Below, one piece after another: positions 20,944 to 28,923 of a stretch of 30,992 bases of DNA; position 1 is the first letter of the stretch; the number at the start of each line of letters is the position of its first letter. The DNA comes from Candidatus Aenigmatarchaeota archaeon (GTDB taxonomy: Archaea; Aenigmatarchaeota; Aenigmatarchaeia; PWEA01), in NCBI GenBank assembly GCA_046539285.1, contig JBKHHH010000005.1, positions 1 through 30,992 of the forward strand. Direction: 5' to 3'. The notes below the pieces were generated by a model, which was not told the DNA's origin, did no database searches, and saw only the letters and a program-made list of their open reading frames with translations. The translations under genes were made by a program, and so were the position numbers.

Positions 20944-23505
20944 CTAAACGTCCAAGACTCCTTCGTCAGGCAGTGTGTCGATGTCCTGAAGTGCAGCTGC
21001 AGCATCTCGAGTGTCTTCCTTCTCCAGACCAGCAACAATCAGTGCCGTCTGACCGTCTTTGAACGCGTCTTCGACCAGCTGGATCTCGGGTGTGTCCTCG
21101 TTCCACTGTTCGAGACATTCTGTTGCGTTCGTGTCGACACCTTCCATTTCGCTGCCCTTCTCGTCGATCAGTGTCTGGACATGTGTGTTGACACATGGTC
21201 CACCGACCAAAATCAGGTCCTGATCGATGTCAGAAGGCTCTGCTACTTCAGTGTCCAACTTGGCAACGGACGATGTGATCGGAGCGGCCTCGTTGTACGT
21301 TACCTCTCCACCGGCAGTTGCGGAAAGCTCTCCGTCAGCACCGGTCACAGCCATCCCGACATTGGACTCGTGGCTCGGGAAGCTGATGTCGATTTCTCCT
21401 TCGTCGCTGGAACTGTCAACTTCGAAGTAGGTTCCGTAGTAGCTGTAAGAAGCTTCTACGTCATCGTCCTCTTCGAAAGTTGCGAAATCGAAACCAGCAT
21501 CACTAACACCTGCTACATCGCCTGTGACATCTACTTCGTCGTCGCCGTCAGCTTCAGGTGTAACGGTGAACGCGTGCTCTGTGTCTTCGTTGTCTTCAGG
21601 CTGGATAACCAGAGCTGAAGGTCCCTCGACGTCTGCCTCGACTGTGACATCTTCATCCCAGTTGTCATCTGTGTCTACGCTTGCTGTGATGTCGAAGATG
21701 TCTTCGTCGTACTCGCCGTCGATATCTCCGTTTTCGTCGATCGTGACAACTGTGTCACCTGAAGACTTCGTGCTCGGTAGTCTGACCTTGATTTCTTCTG
21801 CGTCATCTCCGTCGTTAGCCAGAACGACTTCTTCCTCGTTGAGGAACGAAACTGCTGAGTCCGTCTCCGTGTAGACGTTCGGGAAGACGACTTCTTCGTC
21901 AGAACCTTCTCTCTCTACTGTAAGACTGTCGTCGTCCTCTACTGTGACGATGTAGGTTTCTCTGTTCAACCTGAATTCAGCTTCCTGAGAACCAGATGAA
22001 TCTGAGACAAATTCGAAGTCATCTTCCTCTAGGTCGATTGTCTCACCTGTGAACTTGTTCTCTAACTCGACAACTGAGTTAGCTTCGTCATCACTGTCAT
22101 CATATTCAACGTCTGTGACTTCGTACATGTTGGCTCTTTCATCGTAGTTCAGGACGATGAAGTCATCCATTTCTACTGTTTCGCCTTCGTGGGTAGCGAT
22201 CCTACCGTCAGAGTCTCCTAGTCTATCTATGGATCCCTCGTCGTCAGGGCTGTACGCGAACTCGATTTCAGCTTCGTCGCCTGAGTCGTCTGTCATTCTG
22301 AGTATTGCTTCTTCTGTTCCACCGTCGATCTCGACGGTCTCTGCGGCGTCTTCGGCTGCATCGGGACTTATTCCACCGTAGTGGAACTCGATTCCGAAGA
22401 GCGGGTCTTCGTAACTCTCGCCTGCTTCTATGAATCTGCTGTCTCTGTCCAGTGCTCCGAATTCGATTGTGATTCCTTCCAAATTTTCTACATCGTCTAA
22501 ATTTTCTACATCGTCTTGTTCGAACTCAACGTTTGTTGCATCTACGTCTTCTCCGTCTATCTCTACTGGGTCACCGTCTGAGAGAACCATCTCTTCGGAT
22601 CCGATTCCGAACTGGACGATACCTTCTCCGTCACCGAACGGATAAACGTTGCTTACTCTGACTTCCTGATCGCCTACGTCGAAGGTTTCTCCTTCTTTGA
22701 GCTTCTTCGTCTCGCCGTCTACCGTGAAGGTTGCGGAGTCTTCTTCTTCCGGAACGAACCTCACATCGATCTCTGCTTCCTCGCCTCCTGCTTCTATCGT
22801 CTTTGCTTCGCCTCTCTCGATCTCTACCGTTTCCGAGTCTCCGAAGAGTACCAGTTCACCTGCGTCTGCGTCAGTGTCCGGTGAGACTTCGTAGGTTCTT
22901 CCGAACATTTCAACTTCTTCGTTTTCCATGTCTTCGTGTGCGAAGTCGACATCTTCATCGAAGAATGATTCGATGCTGAAGAGTTCTCCATCATCTACAT
23001 CGTCTGGTAGTCCGATGTAAAGTCCGACCTCGTCCTGGTTTCTCTTCTCTGCGTCGAATCTTTGGCTTCTACCAGCGATCGAGATCTCGTTCTCGACCTC
23101 TACTTCTTCGTCTTCGTATTCATCTGTGAACGTCTGGACATCAAGCATGTGAAGGTCTCCCTCTACAAGTGCGTCGATTCCATCGTTCGTTTCACTGTTC
23201 AGGTAAAGGTTGCTGTTTGGTTTGTTCAGTGTAATTCCTTCTTCGGATGTCCACTGTGCAGCACCTTCGGTTTCTGCTGTTTTTTCGACTGTTGGTTGAC
23301 CACCCAGTGTGACTGCGACGTCAATCGCAGAAGCTACGTCCGCTACGTCGGCGTTTGAACCGACTACCATGGAGAAATTCGAGTCTCCATCCTGAACGAA
23401 CGGTGCTGGATAGTCCGCTAAGGAAGCAGCTGCGGCAGGAAATGCCAGAGTTGCTCCCGTCATTAGAGCTCCTAATGCAGAAGCTGCTAATTTTCTAAGT
23501 TGCAT
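20944..23505 (-). CDS. highly acidic S-layer-type surface (glyco)protein
   Basis: From ATG 23505 (GGTGAT 7 nt upstream) there is a signal peptide MQLRKLAASALGALMTGATLAFPAAAAS. The N-terminal LADYPAPFVQDGDSNFSMVVGSNADVADVASAIDVA and the C-terminal DLILVGGPCVNTHVQTLI ... TALIVAGLEKEDTRDAAAAL resemble the S-layer N/C domains of Methanococcales/Thermococcales. The body is very D/E/T-rich. No C-terminal TM or PGF-type anchor. Confidence 0.7.
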   Translation of the reverse strand: MQLRKLAASALGALMTGATLAFPAAAASLADYPAPFVQDGDSNFSMVVGSNADVADVASAIDVAVTLGGQPTVEKTAETEGAAQWTSEEGITLNKPNSNLYLNSETNDGIDALVEGDLHMLDVQTFTDEYEDEEVEVENEISIAGRSQRFDAEKRNQDEVGLYIGLPDDVDDGELFSIESFFDEDVDFAHEDMENEEVEMFGRTYEVSPDTDADAGELVLFGDSETVEIERGEAKTIEAGGEEAEIDVRFVPEEEDSATFTVDGETKKLKEGETFDVGDQEVRVSNVYPFGDGEGIVQFGIGSEEMVLSDGDPVEIDGEDVDATNVEFEQDDVENLDDVENLEGITIEFGALDRDSRFIEAGESYEDPLFGIEFHYGGISPDAAEDAAETVEIDGGTEEAILRMTDDSGDEAEIEFAYSPDDEGSIDRLGDSDGRIATHEGETVEMDDFIVLNYDERANMYEVTDVEYDDSDDEANSVVELENKFTGETIDLEEDDFEFVSDSSGSQEAEFRLNRETYIVTVEDDDSLTVEREGSDEEVVFPNVYTETDSAVSFLNEEEVVLANDGDDAEEIKVRLPSTKSSGDTVVTIDENGDIDGEYDEDIFDITASVDTDDNWDEDVTVEADVEGPSALVIQPEDNEDTEHAFTVTPEADGDDEVDVTGDVAGVSDAGFDFATFEEDDDVEASYSYYGTYFEVDSSSDEGEIDISFPSHESNVGMAVTGADGELSATAGGEVTYNEAAPITSSVAKLDTEVAEPSDIDQDLILVGGPCVNTHVQTLIDEKGSEMEGVDTNATECLEQWNEDTPEIQLVEDAFKDGQTALIVAGLEKEDTRDAAAALQDIDTLPDEGVLDV
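22481..22516. repeat. perfect 18-nt tandem duplication inside the S-layer gene
   Basis: aaattttctacatcgtct occurs twice in tandem (22481-22498 and 22499-22516). It encodes DDVENL-DDVENL. Confidence 0.9.
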
Positions 23506-23538
23506 GTTGTAATCACCTAAATTGTGTGTTTTTTTGGA

Positions 23539-23591
23539 TTCTTCGGTTCCGAAAGGGTTTGGTGGAACCAAAGAATGGTCCATGATGGACC
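23539..23591 (-). promoter_or_regulatory. two adjacent hairpins in the S-layer gene 5' leader
   Basis: The minus-strand RNA reads UUCUUUGGUUCC-(13 nt)-GGAACCGAAGAA, a 12-bp stem with one G-U (plus coordinates 23539-23575). The next hairpin is GGUCC-AUCAU-GGACC (23577-23591). The G-U would be a C-A mismatch on the other strand. Confidence 0.4.
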
Positions 23592-23630
23592 TATTTTTGA
23601 ATTTCCTATCCATTAATTACCCCCAAGGGG

Positions 23631-23638
23631 TATATAAA
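23631..23638 (-). promoter_or_regulatory. TATA box (TTTATATA) upstream of the S-layer gene
   Basis: Consensus-like TTTATATA on the minus strand, about 125 nt upstream of ATG 23505, implying a leader of roughly 100 nt. A second TATATAAAT lies at 23695-23703. Confidence 0.4.
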
Positions 23639-23782
23639 AGTGACTTGAAACCGTTTCACGCCGCATCCCGGTTAGGACATCAAACCCTTTGTAGTATATA
23701 AATAGTGATTATAGAACATCTAATTGTTACATCGGACTATTGAAACCTTTAATAGGAAAATAAAGCATTTTAAGACAATTTT

Positions 23783-24451
23783 CTATTCTCCGGCCTTCTC
23801 GAGCTCCTCAGCGACGATTTCTCTTACTTTCTCGTGGTTCTGGAATCCATGGTGAACCTGGTCGTTGACAACCAATGTTGGAGTCTCGGTCACGTTGTAC
23901 CTCTCCTTGAGGATGGTTATCATGTTTTCCTCTATTTCCATGTCCAGCGGGAAGACCCAGACCTTCTTGTCGTAGGTCTTTCTGATCTGAGTCAGAATGA
24001 AGCCCTGCGTCGGACAGGAGCCGCATCCTTCCTCGTGAAAGTAGAGGACCCAGATGTCGTCGTTGTCACAGAGCTCGTTCGACTTCCTGAGAAGCATCCA
24101 GTAGCGGAGGTTGGCTATCGTGTAGTCCCTCTTCAGGTCCAGGTATTCTTCTTTGCTGAAGTCACTGCTCTTTTGATAGTCACTGAGCTGATCAAGGAGA
24201 CCTTTCAGTCGCACCAGACTTTTCTTTATCGTCTGATCCGATATGCGGCAGAAGTCTTCCGGTGATACCTCGGAGAGGTAGAAGTACTGTGTCTGGAGAT
24301 CTTTGTAGTCTATCCTTTCCTCCTCGAGACTGTTCTGCAGATAGTTCAACCGCATCGTGTCCATGAATTCCCCGGCGGCCAGACCTGAGAAGATTATGGC
24401 CATGGTCAAAGCCCCGGCGAAGAGGTAGCGTCTTTTCTTGATCTCTCGCAT
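23783..24451 (-). CDS. membrane-anchored extracytoplasmic thioredoxin-fold protein with CGSC active site (paralogue 1)
   Basis: From ATG 24451 (TTTTATAT box 28-35 nt upstream; the ORF-track start at 24496 is a TTG). Basic N-terminus MREIKKRR plus one TM helix, then a helical region, then VLYFHEEGCGSCPTQ ... TETPTLVV (CxxC plus a cis-Pro-type TP). Confidence 0.6.
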   Translation of the reverse strand: MREIKKRRYLFAGALTMAIIFSGLAAGEFMDTMRLNYLQNSLEEERIDYKDLQTQYFYLSEVSPEDFCRISDQTIKKSLVRLKGLLDQLSDYQKSSDFSKEEYLDLKRDYTIANLRYWMLLRKSNELCDNDDIWVLYFHEEGCGSCPTQGFILTQIRKTYDKKVWVFPLDMEIEENMITILKERYNVTETPTLVVNDQVHHGFQNHEKVREIVAEELEKAGE

Positions 24452-24536
24452 CTTATCTAAAACTAACTTCTGGTCCAAATATAAAACATTTTCCAATCCG
24501 ACAAAGCTTTTATTGCCTCGTCGTAATAGTTTAGGT

Positions 24537-25607
24537 ATGGACTATTCCGTTGTCGTCCCTACCTACAACGAACGGGAGAACGTGGAGGAGCTAGTCGAGA
24601 GAATCTCAAGTTCTCTTGAGAACATGGACTACGAGATAATCATCGTCGACGACGACTCGCCCGATAAGACCTGGGAACTGGCCGGAAAACTGGCCGAAAG
24701 CAGAAATGACTTGCGGGTCATCCGCCGGAGGAAGGAAAAGGGACTGGCCACGGCCGTGGTCCGCGGCTTTGAGGAAGCGAAAGGTGAGAGACTGGCCGTG
24801 ATAGACTCCGACCTCCAGCATCCCCCGGAGAAGCTCAGGGAACTTTACGAGGCACTGGACGACAACGACATTGCTATCGGATCCAGGAAAGTCGAAGGTG
24901 GTGGCATCGAGGACTGGCCCTTCTACCGCAAGATAATTTCAAAGGGTGCCGAGCTGATAGGCAAGGTCTTCGTCAAGGAGGTTCGCGAAGTCAAGGACCC
25001 GCTGTCCGGGTTTTTTGCCCTGCGAAGAGAAGTCATTGAAGACGTTGAGCTGGATCCCGAAGGCTACAAAATATTAATCGAGATACTGGTTCGAGGTGAG
25101 TACAATGATGTGGAAGAAATGCCTTTCACCTTTGTGGATCGCGAGAAGGGGGAAAGCTCACTTGGACTGAAGCAGAACTGGAACTACCTGAAGCATATCT
25201 TCCGCCTTTCCAAGGACACAGGAGAGATGTTTCGTTTCTTCAAGTTCTGTCTTGTCGGTCTCAGCGGCGTCTTCGTCAACATGGGCGTTCTCTACGTCTT
25301 GACGGAACTGGCCGGACTTTTCTACCTCATTTCCGGTTTCTTCGCCGTCGAATCGGCGATAGTTTCCAACTTCGTTCTCAACGAACTGTGGACGTTTAAC
25401 GATCGAACCGGGAAGACGATTCTTCACCGTTTCGGCAAGTTCAACCTGATCTCCTTCGGAGGACTGGCCATCAACATGGCCTTTCTCTACGGCCTGACTG
25501 AATTTGTCGGACTGTATTACCTCCTCTCCAACCTGATCGGTATCGCCGCGGCCACAGCCTGGAACTTCTCCCTCAACACTCTCTTTACCTGGCACGAGGA
25601 CAAGTGA
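24537..25607 (+). CDS. dolichyl-phosphate hexose synthase (DPM1/AglD-like GT2) fused to a GtrA-like 4-TM domain
   Basis: VVVPTYNERENV, IIIVDDDSPDKT and AVIDSDLQHPP are the DPM1-type GT2 motifs. The C-terminal 130 aa carry four helices of the GtrA pattern. CTTTTATTG box 22-30 nt upstream of ATG 24537 (the ORF-track start at 24438 overlaps the divergent gene). Confidence 0.8.
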   Translation: MDYSVVVPTYNERENVEELVERISSSLENMDYEIIIVDDDSPDKTWELAGKLAESRNDLRVIRRRKEKGLATAVVRGFEEAKGERLAVIDSDLQHPPEKLRELYEALDDNDIAIGSRKVEGGGIEDWPFYRKIISKGAELIGKVFVKEVREVKDPLSGFFALRREVIEDVELDPEGYKILIEILVRGEYNDVEEMPFTFVDREKGESSLGLKQNWNYLKHIFRLSKDTGEMFRFFKFCLVGLSGVFVNMGVLYVLTELAGLFYLISGFFAVESAIVSNFVLNELWTFNDRTGKTILHRFGKFNLISFGGLAINMAFLYGLTEFVGLYYLLSNLIGIAAATAWNFSLNTLFTWHEDK

Positions 25608-25640
25608 GACTTTTATATCTGTTTATCCAATTTTTTACCG

Positions 25641-27044
25641 ATGCTCGAAGAAAAACTGGAAGGACTGGAAGAGAAACACTATATTGCGATAATTCTTACC
25701 GTCTTCTTCGCGGCCGAGCTTATCGTTATCTATAAGATATGGAACCGACCGCCGATCTGGGACTCGGCCGTTTACATCGGCATGGGCAAAGCCCTTTTCT
25801 CTGCCGGCGAAGCCGGTCTCTGGGAGAACTTTCGCCCGCCCCTGATGCCTGTTCTTCTGGGTTTCGTGGACCTTGTTACTGATAACATATCTTCCGTCTC
25901 CAGACTGTTGAGCCTGACGATCTCGACGCTCGGAGCCGGTCTCATCTATGTATTAAGCAAACGAAGCTTCGACCGGGAGACGGCCTTTTACACGGCCTCG
26001 CTTGTCCTCGGAACCGGTATATTTTTCCTCTACACGAACCATGTCCTGACCGGGATACTGGCCTCCGTTCTTGTCTTTACATCCCTCTGCCTTGCCCGGG
26101 AAGAACGCTACTTTTTGTCCGGTCTTGTTGTTGCCTTGGCCTTTTTGACAAGATTCCCGGCCGCCCTGGTCGGTGCCGCGGTCTTTATCTATATTGTCTT
26201 TAAGTCCTATCAGGAAAAGAAGTGGAAAGAAGGCCTTGAAGACACGGTCTTTTTGATCCTGGGTTTCGCCCTGATCGCAGGACCTTACTTTCTGCTCAAC
26301 CAGCTCTTCTACGGTGACTTCCTGTTCCCGATAACCCGAGGCCTGGCCGTCCCACAGGCCGTTGCCTCGACCGACTTCATGTACGGTCTGTACTTTTATC
26401 TCGGGTCTCTGGCCTCCAACCCGTTCCTGGCCCTCTTCCCGCTGGGGATATACTTTACAATCAAGAAAAAGGAATCGAAATACGCACCGTTCCTGATCGC
26501 CCTCCTACTGTTCTACGGCTTTTTCACTGCTTTCTCGCACAAGGAGGTGCGCTTCGCTCTACTGTTCCTCCCCTTAATGTCACTCTTGACGGCCCGCGTT
26601 CTCAAGGAGATCAGGGAAAGAGAGATAGTTTCCAAACGGATGCTTCAGTTCGGCTTCAGCTTCGTCGTAGTTTTCCTGATTCTCTCGGCGACGATGGTCA
26701 ACCTCCAGACACGCGCCTACGACAATCCAGGCCAGGACGCCTTCTACTCGGAAGCATCGGAACTGGAGGGAACGGTCGCGGCCAACGATCCCCTGGTCAT
26801 GGTCTACGGTGACTTCCGCTACGCAGAGCTACCACCGGGCCGACTGGAGGAGTATTACGAGAGAAACATCAACGAAACTGACTACGTGGCGATCAACAGT
26901 TGTAACTGGTACTGTCCGAGAGAGATGAGCGAGGAGGAGTGTGAGGAAGAGAGGAACGACCTGAGAAACTGGATCGAGACAGACCTCCAAGAACATTTTA
27001 ATCTGAGCCAGGATGACTGTCAATACCTCATCTATAAGAGGTGA
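25641..27044 (+). CDS. GT-C fold glycosyltransferase (GT39/GT83, ArnT/PMT/AglS-like), Dol-P-sugar dependent
   Basis: 467 aa with about 10 TM helices in the first 350 aa. The first external loop, RPPIWDSAVYIGMGKAL, has the Asp typical of GT-C enzymes. The C-terminal acidic soluble domain has 4 Cys (NSCNWYCP...EEECEEE...DDCQY). Confidence 0.65.
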   Translation: MLEEKLEGLEEKHYIAIILTVFFAAELIVIYKIWNRPPIWDSAVYIGMGKALFSAGEAGLWENFRPPLMPVLLGFVDLVTDNISSVSRLLSLTISTLGAGLIYVLSKRSFDRETAFYTASLVLGTGIFFLYTNHVLTGILASVLVFTSLCLAREERYFLSGLVVALAFLTRFPAALVGAAVFIYIVFKSYQEKKWKEGLEDTVFLILGFALIAGPYFLLNQLFYGDFLFPITRGLAVPQAVASTDFMYGLYFYLGSLASNPFLALFPLGIYFTIKKKESKYAPFLIALLLFYGFFTAFSHKEVRFALLFLPLMSLLTARVLKEIREREIVSKRMLQFGFSFVVVFLILSATMVNLQTRAYDNPGQDAFYSEASELEGTVAANDPLVMVYGDFRYAELPPGRLEEYYERNINETDYVAINSCNWYCPREMSEEECEEERNDLRNWIETDLQEHFNLSQDDCQYLIYKR

Positions 27045-27691
27045 AAACCATCGAGAAATACAAGTATTTCGGTCTCGCGATCTTTGCGATAGTTATCTTT
27101 GTTCTCGGTATGGTCTTCGCTAACTCTCTCTGGAAAAACGAGATTATCGACACCGAGACCGACCTGGATCGCGACACCACCGAGCTGAGATCGATGGAGC
27201 TTCAGCTGATCTACCTGCAGTCCGAAAGTGTCAAGTCCTGTGACCTGCTCGAACTCGGTCTCCAGGATACGATGAGCGACTACAACGAGAACCTGAAGAA
27301 AGTCCAGAACTATAACTCCACTTTCAACCGTGAGCGCTACCGGTTACTGAAGAAAAGGTACGTCCTCTCCGGTATAATGTACTGGATATTTGCCGAGGAT
27401 CTCCGGGAGAAGTGCGATTTCAACGCCACGACAGCCCTCTTCTTTACCGAAAGCCTGGACGAGGAGTCCAGAAACGAATGCGAGAGCAAGGTCACTGATA
27501 ATCTGGACTCCCTGAAGGAGGACTATGGAGATGGCCTGCTGGTGTTCACAGTTCCCATGGAGATGGATCTCGGCATGGCCGATGTGCTCGAGAAGCAGTA
27601 CGAGGTGGAAGACGTTCCTCTCCTGGTTTTCAATGGAAACAATACTATTTCCGGCTGTCCGGACCGGGAAGAGATAGAAGCCGAACTCTAG
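27041..27691 (+). CDS. membrane-anchored thioredoxin-fold paralogue lacking the CxxC site (paralogue 2)
   Basis: The GTG start overlaps the GT-C stop (GTGA). It has the same length class and landmarks as 23783-24451: an N-terminal TM, YL…C, Y..LKKRY…MYW…EKCD, LFF.E, VF…ME…L….Y.V…P.LV.N, and an EL C-terminus. However, CGSC is replaced by DEES. Confidence 0.55.
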   Translation: MKTIEKYKYFGLAIFAIVIFVLGMVFANSLWKNEIIDTETDLDRDTTELRSMELQLIYLQSESVKSCDLLELGLQDTMSDYNENLKKVQNYNSTFNRERYRLLKKRYVLSGIMYWIFAEDLREKCDFNATTALFFTESLDEESRNECESKVTDNLDSLKEDYGDGLLVFTVPMEMDLGMADVLEKQYEVEDVPLLVFNGNNTISGCPDREEIEAEL

Positions 27692-28921
27692 CTACCATTT
27701 CTTTTCTTTGCCTGTGATCACTTCCCAGATTACCACTATGCAGACCGCTCCGATTAGTAAAAAATAGAAAAACATGTAGGGGACCAGAGCCATCTTTTTC
27801 TTCAGGCCTATGCTTTCGTTTGTGATCTTATGGGATATCCAGATCAGGACCATGGTCACCAGTCCGAGACATCCGAGCACCATGTAGTTCTTGGCGTTAA
27901 GGTTGAGCAGTATTTCCAGAATATTGAGATCAAAGCTCATGGTGCTTATCAGCGGACCAACCTGAAAACCGACGGCGCTCAAATTGAGAATAAGCTCGTA
28001 GATCGGAGTCAGGGTGAACTTTCCGATCATGACCAGGACTATCGCGGCCAGGAAGACCTGGATTACACTGACCGGCATCTGAAACATTCCGAAGTCGCCG
28101 TACTCCCGGTGGAATACCATTTCCTTGTAGCGAATGGCGTTGAACAGCGAGCCCTTGTACCATCTATTCCTCTGGTGGTAGAACTCCTTCAGAGTCGAGG
28201 GCGCATTGGTGTAGACGTCTCCTTCGTAGCAGTTTCTTATCTTCTCGTGATGCTTCTGGAATCGATGGGCTATCTCCTTGTCCTCGACCAGACTATCGGT
28301 GTCGAAACCGCCCACTTCCTCCAGTACGCTTCTCCTGTAGAGAGAGAAGGGTCCGGGTGTAACAAAGATACAGTTTATCTTTTCCATCATCTCCTTGAGA
28401 AAGATGCCCAGGATGTACTCGAACCACTGCATCAGCTGAAGCAGGTTGTCGGGCTTGTTGACTTTCATAGCCGGGGTCACGGCGGCCGTATCGTCGTCCA
28501 TCAGTCTCAACATCTTCTTCAGCGTCCCGGGTGCCGGGAAAGAGTCGGCGTCCAGGCAAGCGACGAACTCGCCGCTTGTTTCTTCGAGTCCACGGTTGAG
28601 AGCCGCACCCTTGCCCTGGTTTTCCTGGTTGATCAGCTTTATTTCGTCTTCGTATTTCTCGGCTATTTCTCTGGTTCTGTCCTGGGAGCCGTCGTTGACG
28701 ACCACGACCTCGAGCTTGTCTTCCGGGTAGTCCAGATCCAGGGCCCCTTCGATCGTGTCGGCGATCCCTTCTTCTTCGTTGTAGGCCGGGATCACGATCG
28801 AGACGGAGGGCCATTCCTCGTAGTCAATTTTTTCCTTGGTTGTGCCCCGGTTCTCAATGAACAGGATCAGAAAGAAGATCGTGATATAGAGAATAGGAAA
28901 GTAGAGCAAGAGGCGGATCAT
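27692..28921 (-). CDS. processive family-2 glycosyltransferase (NodC/PgaC/chitin- or cellulose-synthase-like)
   Basis: VSIVIPAYNEE, VVVVNDGSQD, ACLDADS, LVEDKEIA and the processivity motif HQRNRWYKG (QxxRW). TM helices at both ends. Confidence 0.8.
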   Translation of the reverse strand: MIRLLLYFPILYITIFFLILFIENRGTTKEKIDYEEWPSVSIVIPAYNEEEGIADTIEGALDLDYPEDKLEVVVVNDGSQDRTREIAEKYEDEIKLINQENQGKGAALNRGLEETSGEFVACLDADSFPAPGTLKKMLRLMDDDTAAVTPAMKVNKPDNLLQLMQWFEYILGIFLKEMMEKINCIFVTPGPFSLYRRSVLEEVGGFDTDSLVEDKEIAHRFQKHHEKIRNCYEGDVYTNAPSTLKEFYHQRNRWYKGSLFNAIRYKEMVFHREYGDFGMFQMPVSVIQVFLAAIVLVMIGKFTLTPIYELILNLSAVGFQVGPLISTMSFDLNILEILLNLNAKNYMVLGCLGLVTMVLIWISHKITNESIGLKKKMALVPYMFFYFLLIGAVCIVVIWEVITGKEKKW

Positions 28922-28923
28922 AG

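Noticed and set aside
22481-22516. Tandem 18-nt repeat as a CRISPR or minisatellite locus
   Set aside because: There are only two copies, with no spacers, in frame inside the S-layer gene. It is a simple coding duplication.
23506-23613. 36-codon N-terminal extension of the S-layer ORF
   Set aside because: A signal peptide begins exactly at the internal ATG 23505, which has GGTGAT upstream. The extension coincides with hairpin-forming leader sequence.
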